Below, one piece after another: positions 12,831 through 24,275 of a stretch of DNA of 33,975 bases. A program made the position numbers and the translations under genes. Each line of letters begins with the position of its first letter. Position 1 is the stretch's first letter. The stretch covers positions 62,001-95,975 of the forward strand of contig MEDY01000068.1 of assembly GCA_001724265.1 (NCBI GenBank). Reading direction: 5' to 3'. Under the pieces are notes generated by a model. That model was not told the origin of the DNA. It saw nothing but the letters and a program-made list of their open reading frames with translations, and searched no databases. The stretch is from Rhizaria sp. SCN 62-66 (lineage: Eukaryota).

Positions 12831-15800
12831 ATGTCGCAGCACCACGGGCCCGCCACACAGCAAATCCACGACTGGTCACAAGCCGGCACTGGAGGATTAG
12901 GTTCCAGCTATTCCAGCTTTATCAGCGTTGCCAACTACGGTATCAACCCTGCAGCTACCCCCAACGCAAGCGCCGTCGCCGCTAGTGCTAGTGCTGCGCG
13001 TCAATCTGCTACGGCCGTCGGTCCAGTCTACGCTGCTGCCTCTGACTTTGCTGCGGCCCATGATGACACCCAAAGCACCAGCAGTGAGCTTTCGGTGACC
13101 GCCGATGCCTTTGACGTCGCCATTCCGTCGTCTTTCGCGTGCGACAGCGCTGATGTTGCTGATCGTGGCAACAAGAACGACAAAGACGACGCTCCCGGTG
13201 CTGCCGCCACACTCTCTGCTCCTGCTGTTAGGGCTGCTACCGGCGCAGGCTCTGCCGGTGTGGGCGACGGGCAGAGCAATGGCTTGCCTCCCCAGTCTGA
13301 GTCTAAGTCGGGCATAGCGTCCGCTGCGCCCCAGTCGCTGCTCTTTGGCTCGCTGTCCGCGAGTATAACTTCCGCTTCTGCTGCTGGCGACACCGGCTCT
13401 GTAACGGCCTCGGCGGGCACCTCTTTGCCCGCCGCCGCTGCGGCCAACGCCGCTTTGGCCACGGACGCGGACGCCTTGCTGCCGCCCACGGTCACTCGTG
13501 GCGACTCTGCCACCAGTGGCAACGGCTCTGCAGAGTACTGTCCTGCTACGCCGGCTGCTGCTGAAGCTGAGACTGAGGCTGAATCGGAGGCTGTTCAGGA
13601 AAGTCTTGCTGCTGATTTCGAGTCCTCGTTACTGGCTGCTGCTTCCGTTGCCGCTTCCCCGGCCCCCGGCTCGACCGCAGCCTCAGTGCCGCACTACAAC
13701 TCGCTGTTACCGTCGTCCGTGCCAGCCATCATCGCATCCGCCGCGGTCGCCGCCGCGACGCCCAACAGCAAGGGCGACAACGCCCTAGCGTACGCTGGAT
13801 CGATTGCTTTTGCGGTTCCCAAGTCCCACAAGAACAGCAACAATAGTCGCAACAACGCCAGAGTGACAGCGGATGACCGTCTGGCCTCGCAATCCCAGTC
13901 TCAGCAATCTCAAGTGCCCGCAACTCAGATCAACGCCGCCAGCTCGCAGCAGACTCAGTTTCCCGCCACGCAGCTCCTGCAGACGCAAGTCATCGGCAGC
14001 TACGGCGGCGGCGGCGGCGGCGACAATCAGGCCCATGACAGCCTGTACGGTGCGACACAGGTCATCTCCACCCACGATCACGGTCATGGTCACGTTTATC
14101 TGACGGGCCAGTCGGGGGGCGGCGTGAGCCTGGGCTCGACGCCGCTGCCGGCGACGCAGCTCGTGGTTCCGCAGCCGCTGCTGTCGAGCAGCTTCGACGA
14201 CGAGTACGGGGAAAGTGCGATGCTCAACAGGGGGTCGTATGAGTTTCTCCCGCTGCCGTACCCCGACAGGCGCGGCGGGGATAAGCCGAAGCGTTCGCAG
14301 AAACAGCAACAGAACCAGCATCAGCAGGAGTCTGTGAATGAGCAACAACAACATCAGCTACAGCAGGAGCAGATGCGCCACGACGATGATGTTGATGAGG
14401 ACGACGAACAAAAGCAGTGTGGTGACGACAATTGCGTTTCCAGTCACGTTGTTCGCAATACTCCGGGCAATGGTGATGACGACTTGGATGACAGGTTGGC
14501 TGTTATCACCGGTACTGCTTGTAACTCTCATTCGACGAATAATGTTCGCACTAGCGCAATTAAGGCGCCTTCAGTCGCTCTACCCGCTGTACCAAGCAAT
14601 GACGTCACTCTCCCCGCTGTGCCAAGCAACGACTCTGACATCAGCAACGTCGCAGGCGCTGACTCTGGCAAGAACAACAACAGTTTGAGCAGCGCTAAGG
14701 TGCGCGTCGTCGATGCACGCACTGCAGCTGCGATGGTTGCAGCACAGCCCGTCGTAGTGCTCAACGTCACTGCGGCTGCGGCCGCTGCGACTGCGGCCGA
14801 GGCGGGAAACCAGGACAACGACGGCGACGACGACGACGACGACGCCGGTAGCCACCGTGAACAAGGTGAGTACATGTCGTCACTGATGCAAGACGAGTCT
14901 CTCGCGCGCAACCGCGACGCGAGCAGCGCTCTGAACAGCCCCAACAGCCCGCCCCTAGCGTGTGCGACTACGCCGTCCGTGCCGCCGACGACTGCGGCCA
15001 AGGCCGCAAGCGCGGCGCGGACGGCTGTGGCGCCGGTGAACGGGAGTCGCGAGAGCACTGGCAATGCCACGACCGCTGCGACGGCGACTCCAACGGCGAG
15101 TCAGGATGACGAGTTGCTGGGTGTCAGGCGGCTTGACTTTTCCGAAGTGGAGCCCTCGCAGCAGCAGCCGATTGTCGAGAGGCGGCTTGACTTTCTGACA
15201 GGCTCCGAAATTGAATCATCGCAGCCTGGCAACACCAATAAAAGTGAAGACGCAGGCATCGGAAACGACGACCCCCATGCTGGCTGCAACGAACAAGAGC
15301 ATGAACAGAAGGACAATGGCTGCAACGCGACTGTTACTTCTGCTGCGAGTACATACAGCGTCGACACTGCGGTGACCGCCGCGACCGCGCGCAGCCACCT
15401 TCACGACCACATTATGAGCCATCTCCCTCTCAGCCACGCATCTGCTGCGTCTGACCACGCGTCGTCACCTGTGCGCTCTCGCTCGCGGCCACGGTCGCGG
15501 TCGCGATCACTTACTCGCAGCAGCGCCACGGCTGGCGCTAACGCGAACGGAAACGGTGGCACCAACAGTGCGCAGGGTGGCATGCCTGATGTCGTTGATA
15601 TGAGTGACAGTCCGACTGTGCCAAAGCGGCATAGCTTCGTCTCGGCGGTAAACCCAGCCCACGAGGACGACATGAGCACGGAGACAAGCGCGCATGCGAC
15701 GGAGGCGGACGCTATCTTCATTGATGACTCTCAACCAACGCCTAACGACGCCAAGACCAGTCGCGCTAACGAGGAGAGCAGTGGTAACACGAACGCCGCG

Positions 15801-17621
15801 ATTGCAAGCAATGCTGGCGAGAGTGTCGGAAGCGCCGACGCCAAGGGCGACTATGTGGAGGCTGAGTTGGAAGAGGACGACGACAATGGGCTCAGCTCTC
15901 AATACGACCGGGACGCCAATGCTAACGACGACCGTACAATCAAGAACTCGAATCCGCTTCCAAAACACACCTCAGCTCCGCTTGGGTTCAAGACGCAACA
16001 GCAACAGCAGGAGCTCCGTTCGAACGACGCCGTGGACATGCACGCTGAGGGCGTGGAACTATCACAACGATCAAGCATTCAGTGGTCACAGACGCAGACT
16101 AAGTCGCAGTTGCCGCTGACGAACGACTCGTACTAGGAAGAGTGCCTCAATATCTCCCTCACGCCTTCACAACACCACCCGCAACAGCAGCAGCAGCAGC
16201 AACTGAAGGTCAACAATAACAACACTCTCACTGACGCTGGCAAGACTAGGACTGCTGATGTTGTCGACGGCACTCGTAGCGGTCGTGCTAAGTCACGCAC
16301 TGACTTGAAAGTGAACGCGCTCGATCTAAGTGCCTCCTCAGGTCCCTGTACCTCTAATGCTGCCAACTCCGCAAGTGACCCCTTTGAGATCGACATCGAG
16401 TTGTTGCCGCTTGCAGCGCGTCTTGAGGCGCGCAAGAACTTTGCGAAGAAGCAAGCGCTTGCGCAACAGCAGCAGCAGACTGTTGAGGCGGCTACTTTAG
16501 TTGATCTTGCAAGTGCTGTTCTCGGTGACGACCACGATCGCAACGGCGAGGATTTGGTGGTCGACACCGCCCAAGGCTTAGTTCACAGCACCAAGAACAA
16601 TGCGCCTAAGAAGGCGGTCGAGCTGATGTCCAGTCCGAAGACGAGGGGCCGTAACCGGCTGCGCGCAGTGTCGCCGCCTGGCACTGTGTTCACCGCGGAT
16701 TTTGCCGCCTGCAGCCATGGCGGGGGCGATAGTGACGCGGACAGTGCCAACGAGAGCTTTGGCGCCTTGCTGGCGAAGGCGAATGCCAAGTCTAAAGCAA
16801 CTACGACCACTGCTACCGCTGCTGACTTTTCGGCTGTCACGGCTGCTAACGCCGCTGCCGCTGCTGCCACTGCTGCTGCCGCCTCTGCTGCTGTTGTTAG
16901 TACCCCCTTAGATGACGAGTCTGTCACTCCCGCTGACCGCCGCACCCGCGCACGGGCCCTCGCTAACGCGAATCATAGTCGTCTCACTCTCGCTGATGCC
17001 GACAGCACTGACGTGACACAGCTGCACCGAGACTCCCGCTCCCCCGCTGTGTTCATCGCTTCCCCTCCGAAAGGCCGCGCTTCTAAGGCTACTTCACCCG
17101 CGCCAAACGGGGGCAACGTGGACGCAACCCCGCCAACGCACGGCAAGAAAAAGGGCAATTATATCGCGAACGGGAACGCCCGCACCTCAACTACGAACGC
17201 CAACAGCCCGATCACCGCTACCGTGGTACCTGCTGCGCTGGCGTACTCTTCTCCGTTCCTCACTCGCAACCAACGGCGCAACCAGAACGCTAATAACGGC
17301 AACGATGCTGCTGTTGCAGGGGCAGCAGCAGCAGCGGCGGCAGCGGCAGCGGCTCCGGCGACGGCGACGGTGACTGAGACATCCAGCAATTTAACGCCCG
17401 TCTCTATCCGGGGTCAAGACACAGTCAGCAGTGCCGTCACGATCTCCAGCACGAGCCCCAGCGCAAGTTCGAGCACGCAGCACTCGAGTGGCAGTCGTAT
17501 GGCGCACTCTCAGCGGCAGCCGCCGCTGCAGTCTCAGCCTCGATCAAACAGCTCCCGGTCACGCCGCGCCCCCGGCCCGGTGCCTCTGCTCCTATCTCAA
17601 CAACAGCCTGAACAGCAACAT

Positions 17622-17654
<33 letters not shown>

Positions 17655-20600
17655 CAACAGCAAGTGTTGTCGCGACAAGCTCTCACGGTCACTGCCAGCA
17701 ATAACGTCAGCCATGCCTTAGTCCCGGCGTCCCCCGCCGCCACCGCCACCACAGTCACCGTCCACTCCGGCAGCGCCAGCCCCTCGAGCGCCTTCGTCAG
17801 CCTCGGCAACTCGGTCGCCGTCGTGAGCCACGTTGTGCTGCAGATGACGACGGACACGCGCAGTGCGCTGGAGGCCGCGCTCGTGAGCAGCGACGCGGAG
17901 GTGTTCAGGCGGATCTTTCTTGAGTCATTTCCGACGTTTTCGCCGGCGGCGACGCGGCAGCAGCTACACCAGCTGCAGTCGCCGCCGCAGTCGCCGCTGA
18001 AGCTTCAGCATCAGCCGCAACAGCTACAGAGTCTAGTTGTCGCCACAAATGCCGAAGCTGCAATTTCTAGCAAAAATACCGGTGATGCTGACGAGCTTTC
18101 TGATCATAGTGATTACGGCAACGAAACTGGTCGAGTGAGCTCTAAGTCAAACAAGTCCAAGTCCAAGTCCACTGCTTCCAACAAGAACCAGAGCCAGACC
18201 AATGCTCGAGCCCAAGCTATTGCGAGCACGAGGCAGACGGCTGCGCGCTCTCGCGTCGCCAGTGCTGTCGCCGCTGTTAATCCTACTGGTGGCGATGATG
18301 CAGACAGTGAAGAGCGCAGCGCCCGCGAGCGCGGCCGGAACAGGAAACGCGCTGCTCCTGACTCTAACGACGCAGCTTCTAGCTCCGCATCTGCCTCAGT
18401 CTTAGCTGCGGCTCGCGGCGCCAAGACCAGTCGCAGCAACGGCAATAACAGCTCTCGCAGCAGCAGTCGCATGGCTCGCAATAACATGTCCGCCAATTAT
18501 GACTTCGACGACAATGATGGTGAAGAGACTGAGACTGGGAGTATCACAGTCAAATCAGAGCTCATGATCCAGTCAGAGCGTGACTCGCACTCAGCTACGT
18601 ACAGCCGCTTAAGCGAACTCTCAGCTTACGGTCAGGTGGACACAGCTCCAACAACTCTCTTCTCGCTGACGGCGACAACACAGAACCATAACGCGCAGAG
18701 CAGCAGCAACAATCGATCCGATGACGACAGTGACGGTGAGAGTGCCTGTGGCGCGAGCGCGGTTAGCAGTAGCGACACACGCGCTTCCAAGAAGGCGCTA
18801 TCCGTGCAGACTGCGTCGGCGTCCTTTTTAACATCAGGTATCAATAACAATGACGTTGTGCGAAACGCCGGTGCCTTTCCTGCTGCTACTCTGCCTGTTA
18901 TGCTTCTGCTTGACGTCACTCGTGGTGCCAATGCGAACACCAGCGCCAGCACAAGTGTTAGCGCTGCAAGTGCCCGCGTTCAGTCGCGCTCGAAGACCAC
19001 CGCAGCTGCTGCGACCGCGGCTGCAGCGGCCGCGACTCTGACAGCGGCTGCTGCCGATGCCGTTGGGATCGACACAAGCTCCGCGCTCGTCGACACTGCA
19101 CGGCCGGTGCGTGCAGCGCAGTGCGGTCTCGGCTCGTGGCTCCGCGTTGTATCGGTAGCGGCAACCCACGTGAACTCGAACACTCCTACGAACAAGAAGA
19201 AGACATGTTCTGACAGGAGTAGTGTTAGCGGTGAGAATGTCGCAAGTCCGGTTTTTAGCCCGCTAAGCACTCTGGAGCTGCCTAATGACTACAACGTCAA
19301 CATTCGTGGCATTCCGTTCACTTATCTCGCGGCAGAGGCGACTGACGTATCTATGTTCTCGACTGCGGCACTCTCTGGCCGCGAAATGTCGCCCTCTCGG
19401 GCACGCAACAACAACACCAATAACGCAGGCAGTAGTCCTACCACCAACTCTCATCCGGGCGTAACTTCCGGCAGTATTAGTGTTCCTTCAGACTCGTTCC
19501 GCTTGAACGTGATCTTGACCGGCGCAGATGAGGCGTGCGAGGCCCGCGTTGCGGCGTTGATCCCGCGCATTCCAGGCGCGCGCATGCTCACAGTCATGCC
19601 GAGCTATAGTCAAGCCGCGTACCTCACGCCGACCGCGAGTTCCGTACATTTGCTCCACTGCAAGGATGAGAACTCGACTGGTGTGGTAGCAGGACTCCTA
19701 GAGCAGCAACCTCTGCTGCCTAGCTCATCTATCAACGGCAACAATAACGCGTCTAAGCTCACACTGCAACAGCGCCAGCAACATCAACAGCAGAAACAGC
19801 AGCGTGTATGTGGTGAGATTTTCGTTGTTGTTACAGGCAGCCCAGCGCCCGCGCGCACGCTGAAGTACCTGTTCACGCTTTCCCGCGGCGTCCCCGCAGT
19901 CAAAGAGGCCTGGCTCTCCGCTTGCGTCAAGGCCGGAGCGCTGCTGCCGCTGACAGCCTACGCAGTTGCCGCGCCGACAGTCACCGGCGCGAACGCGAGC
20001 TCTGGCTCTGGCTCCGGCTCTGGGGCGGCTCTTGCGACTGCGACGGCGGCGGCGGCCGCGGCTGCGGGCGCCAGTGGTGCGCGTGGCCTGGCGAAGCGGC
20101 TTGGCGGCCTACTTCCGCTGCCGCTGGCGAAACGGCCGTTTTTCGGGCTGCACGCGTATCTGCAGGGCGGGCGCGCACTGCGCCGGGACTGGGCCGTACT
20201 CGTGGCGGAGATGGGCGCCGACGTTGTCAACGGCGACCTGAGCAGCGCCGCCAGGGCCAACGTCAACAGCGATTATACCGCAACACACTTCCCGTGTAGT
20301 GTTCATCACGACAGTCATGCGCCCGTTGGCGGCTCGAGCTCTGCCAGTGCAAGTGCCAGTGCCAGGGCTCACGGTGCATGTGCTCGGTGCCAGTCTCGTG
20401 CGAGCGAGTGTAGCGCGCGTACTGCCGCTGCGGTTGAGCTACTTGTGCTCGCAACGCTTGCACTTGCGCGAGCACACTCTGTTGATCACACTGGCGTTGC
20501 TACTGGGCGGGGCGATGCGAATACGAAGCGTAAGTCGGTCCAATTCCAACAGCAGCACCAGCTGCACGAGGGGTTGTTTGGCCTGTCTATCGATGACATG

Positions 20601-21713
20601 GCCAGTGGTGACTACACCGGCGCGTTTCTCTCCGTTAGTGCCGCGCTTGCAGCCGGCGGCCCAGATGCATTCTTCTCTTGCCAACCTTCAAGCGCAAGCT
20701 ACGCCTCGAGCAGCAGTACCAGTGCGAGTGCGCGTTCGAGCTCACCGGGCGGCTCCCCACGCCGGATCGCTGCCGCGGCCGCTGCCGCTGCCTCTGGCGC
20801 CGCTGTCTCTGGTGCTGCTGCTCGGTCTACGCCCGCTGCGCATTGCTGGTGCTTTCTTGTAGCTGCATCGAACAAGAGCAAGGCCCGCGGTAACAAGAGC
20901 GGCAGCAAGAATACAAGCCGTGGTGTCAACAACAGCAACGATGACCACGAGTGCGCGTGTGAGTGTGGTTGCAGCGCGAGCGAGGACGCGATTGAGCTCG
21001 GTGATGATAAAGCTGTGACGGTGACTCTGCAGCTCAATCAATCCGCCCCGCTGGTGACCGTGAGTGGCGCCGACATTGACGCGCATCGCAACCAGGTACA
21101 TTTGCTGCACTATCTGTGCACTCTCGACAGCAAGCTCACGCCGGAGAGTGTTCTTGCGTCCACCATTCTGCCGCCCGTCAATGCGCAGCATTACTAGCTG
21201 CAATCACGCGCCACCCTCAGCCACACCGCAGTGCCCGTGCTAGTGTCCTCGGTGTTATCAGCTCCCGCCGCCTCCCTCGAGTCAGAGCACCAACTCCTGC
21301 GTATCGCATGCTCCCCGCGGTCCCCGTTCGCCCGCACACACCGCGTCTTTGTGCTGCTGTTGCCCGACGCGCCGGCGAACCGGCTGCAGTTGTCGCTGCT
21401 GCGCGCGGCGCGGGAGGCGCGTGTGGCGTGCTACAGTGTGTCGTACGCGGCTGACTGCGCTGCCGCGGGGAAAGCGCTCGACGGACGCGATTACCCCTGG
21501 ACGCCCCCGTTACAACGGCTGCAACAACAGCAGCAGCAGCAACTGCATCAGCAGATGATGCTCAGTCAAATTGTTGACGGTGCATTCGGTGCCAACGCAA
21601 CACAAAATCAAGGGCTGCCACAACAGCAGAGCCGTGCACGGAGGCCTGCTCCTGTCGACAAGGGCGAGAGTGCCGTTCTAACGCAAGCGAAAGGTAAGCG
21701 CAAACTTGCGTAA
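12831..21713 (+). CDS. 53BP1/Crb2/Rad9-like DNA-damage checkpoint mediator (~2960 aa, tandem BRCT), with in-frame TAG at codons 1102 and 2789
   Basis: ORFs 12705..16136, 16305..21197 and 21231..21713 share one frame and are separated only by TAG at 16134-16136 and 21195-21197. The gaps are stop-free. First ATG is at 12831 and the end is TAA at 21711-21713. The N-terminus is disordered with a TQ/SQ cluster, and BRCT signatures lie near the C-terminus. Confidence 0.75.
17623..17662 (+). repeat. CAG/CAA trinucleotide tract (poly-Gln) in gene 2
   Basis: A run of cagcagcag...caacagcaacagcaa. Similar poly-Q, poly-A and poly-N tracts occur throughout genes 2 and 3. Confidence 0.9.
19498..19965 (+). 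other. BRCT domain 1, with a Q/N-rich insertion
   Basis: LNVILTG...VVVTGSPAPARTLKYLFTLSRGVPAVKEAWLSACVKAGALLPLTAY matches the RTxKY...G(I/V)PxV...W...C...Y pattern of phosphopeptide-binding first BRCT repeats (53BP1, BRCA1, MDC1). Confidence 0.85.
20133..21500 (+). other. BRCT domain 2, split by a ~370-aa low-complexity insertion that contains the second TAG
   Basis: The N-part RPFFGLHAYLQGGRALRRDWAVLVAEMGADVV (~20133-20228) and the C-part RVFVLLL...SLLRAAREARVACYSVSYAADCAAAGKALDGRDYPW (~21340-21500) resemble the two ends of the 53BP1-type second BRCT. Confidence 0.65.
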
Positions 21714-23098
21714 CTGAAGCGTCCGCTTGCCATCCTTTTAGATTCATGCATGCCTTGTCTCGTGCGTCGCGCGATTTTACCTAGAAAAAACGGTTATACA
21801 GTATATCATACAGTGACGAGTCTTTATTTTTACCATGGGTTTAATGAAATGAAAGACTATCTTGCTTTATTGTTATCAACATTTTTGATAAGGCTTTTGT
21901 GAAGAGAATGGTAGTCTCGTGTATTAAAGCTGCAACGTGAAGCACGTTGACGTGGAGTTCGTATATTCACAAGCAAAGCAGAGCATGAGAACGAAATACG
22001 TCCTCTCTTAGCCTGATTGGTGACCCAATTACAGTGCAATATAAGAGTCACAGCCTTAAAGCGTGACTGTGGACGGGCTGCAAGGAGGGAGAGACTGAAT
22101 CCAGGAGGGGAAACACGCTTGCGCAACACAGCACAACATTTCACAACAGATCACAGCGTCATAATATTGCAAAACATCAAGTATCACAAGTAACAATAAA
22201 GAAAGCCGAAAGACCAAGGACAACGCAAACAACTCAACATTAAGCGAATGAGAGACATCGCACAAAGAACAGAGCGGGCGCAGAAAACAGAACAAATGAC
22301 AGAAAATATGAAAAAACCATTCACATATATGCACATGATAAAACCCAACGTACAAACACACCACAAATAACACATTGTCTAGTGGTTGGCTACTTATGTA
22401 AAGCGCAAGATTTCGATGTTTGTGTGAAATTGTGTGTGTGCAGGTTTTACAGAGATGATGATGCCGTGGTTGTGAGTGTGTGATACAACACAACACACAA
22501 ATTGCGAAATTTGTCGAATCCTTCGCGTAACACAACGCGACATGACAAAACGGCACATGAAAGACTAAAACAAAAAGACGAATGAAGCACTGAACAGAAC
22601 AATATGAAAGACAATCAGCCTCACAGGGGGCTGAATGAGTTCGACAAGAAATAAAATCTAAACTCGACTAGACTTAACTAGTTTGAGTATGCGTGAGGGG
22701 CTGGTCGGCCTGCCCACTCACACAGCGAAACACAGGACAATGTTCGTAAAACGCAATGGTGATAGCAGAAAATACAGTGATAGAACAAGAACGAAAAGCA
22801 CAGTAACTTGAGGATGAAATAAAAGTGAAACAGGATGCAGACAAGACATGATAGCACACAAAATAAGCAACTATGAATGTCGTAAGAAATAATAAAAATA
22901 ACACTGATTGCTAAATGCGAAAAACAAACAAACAAGTGCAAAAAAATATAACATCATAAAAAACAATAAAAAACAACATCTTCAAAGTTCGCATACCATG
23001 CAAGAGACGAATGCAGCCAGTTCAGAGGAGACGTCATATTCTGTGAAAACGAACCAACACTGCTCCTGCTGGTAACTGAATAGTGCTGGCTGACTGGC
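21714..23098. other. Convergent intergenic region (3' UTRs of genes 2 and 3)
   Basis: AT-rich, strongly A/C-skewed on the plus strand toward gene 3, and located between two TAA stops. Confidence 0.6.
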
Positions 23099-24105
23099 TT
23101 AGGGTGCGTCGGGCATGTTTTCCTTGGAGACCGTGAGCGCGTTAAGTTTAGCAGCCTCCCTGATAGCGACGGCGACCACGGTCATGGCCCGCCGCGCCCA
23201 GCTGATACGGGGCAGAATGAACTCGTATGGACTCGCTTCGACCTCCGATAGGTCGCTGTCACTGTGACCCTCTTCCTCTTCCTCTTCCTCTTCGCCCGTA
23301 TTGCCACTGCCGCTGCCGCTGCTGTTGCGGTTAGTGGCGTTTTTGGACTTCGATGCGCGGGGGATAGGGCCGCGCACCGGGGAAGGCGATGTAAGTGGGA
23401 TGGTACTTAGACTGATCATCAGCACGCTCAGCAGCGACTCGGTGGCCGAGGACGACGACTGAGGGGTATTTACACCGCCGTCAGCAACGACTCTCTGGCT
23501 CGCAGACCAGGTGAGTAGCTCGCGCGCAGCAGCAGCGAATCTGTACTTAGACACCAACAAAGAAGTACTTACACTGTCGGCTGCTCCGGAGCTGGACCCG
23601 GCTAAGGGGGTACTTACATGCGCGTTAGTGAAGCCAGAGCAGTCGCAGCCATCATCTCTAGCACGGCCATGAGACTTGCTCTTGCTCTTGCTCTTTCTCT
23701 TCTCCTTCGACGCCTCCTCCGCGTTGTCGTCGCCGTCGCTGCAATCGTCATCGTCGTCGTCACTGAGCAACGCATTGTAGCATTTGCTCACGGTCTCAAC
23801 CTGCCGCCGGCGCCGCTCGCGCCGCTGCAGCGACTGCGCACTGGCCTCAGGCGCCACAGACTCGAACGCCTCGTCGAACATAAACAGCAGCTCGCACGTG
23901 GCGACGTACAGCTCCTCCTCGTCCTTGACCTTGGACTTGCTACTCGCGCGGCCGTTGAGCTGCGAGTTGCTCGCCAGAGTGGCGATGACCTTGGCGACGT
24001 CGAGGGCGAGCGCTACGACTGCGATGCGGCCCGCGGCGGGCGGCAGCTGGCGCAGCAGGGACTCGACCACGGGGCGCAGCTTCTTGGCCAGTACTTGCAG
24101 CACGC
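23099..24105 (-). CDS. Gene 3, exon 5 (last exon, TAA stop)
   Basis: Acceptor tgtttgcag|GC gives a phase-1 join (TPG-VLQVLAKK) in the frame of ORF 23099..24121. Ends at DAP-TAA. Confidence 0.8.
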
Positions 24106-24275
24106 CTGCAAACAGCAACAAATGAACAAAAGAATGTCACACAAATTTGAACTAATAAAGTTTAACCGGATATAGATGAACATTAAATGCAAACAAAAGT
24201 ATGATGACAAAAATTCAAGTTAAAAAGAAGTGATATATGCTGTCAAACCCTTTGCTTTAGTTATAATGAGCGTAC
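24106..24275 (-). other. Spliceosomal intron 4 (170 nt)
   Basis: GTACGC...TTTGCAG, AT-rich, preserves frame. Confidence 0.8.

Noticed and set aside
14862-14875. Perfect G|GTGAGT donor that might splice out the first TAG of gene 2
   Set aside because: It is phase 1, whereas using TAG 16134-16136 as acceptor needs phase 0. The intervening 1.27 kb is open, GC-rich and coding-like. A CTGAC shortly before that TAG was noted, but no in-phase GTACG-type donor was found nearby.
9464-16138. Dcm-type CCAGG-to-CTAGG change or a shared viral-type readthrough context as the explanation for the TAGs
   Set aside because: Two sites read CTAGG but the third reads CTAGC, Dcm is bacterial, and no common downstream signal such as CARYYA is present. 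Not adopted, but all three TAGs follow a C, so a read-level check is still needed.
9466-21197. Pyrrolysine or selenocysteine insertion
   Set aside because: Selenocysteine uses UGA. Pyrrolysine is known only from archaea and bacteria, and no pyl genes are present in this intron-containing eukaryotic DNA.
21857-22941. Hydrophobic Cys/Phe-rich minus-strand ORFs
   Set aside because: They arise from T/G-rich low-complexity 3' UTR sequence with a composition unlike the real exons.
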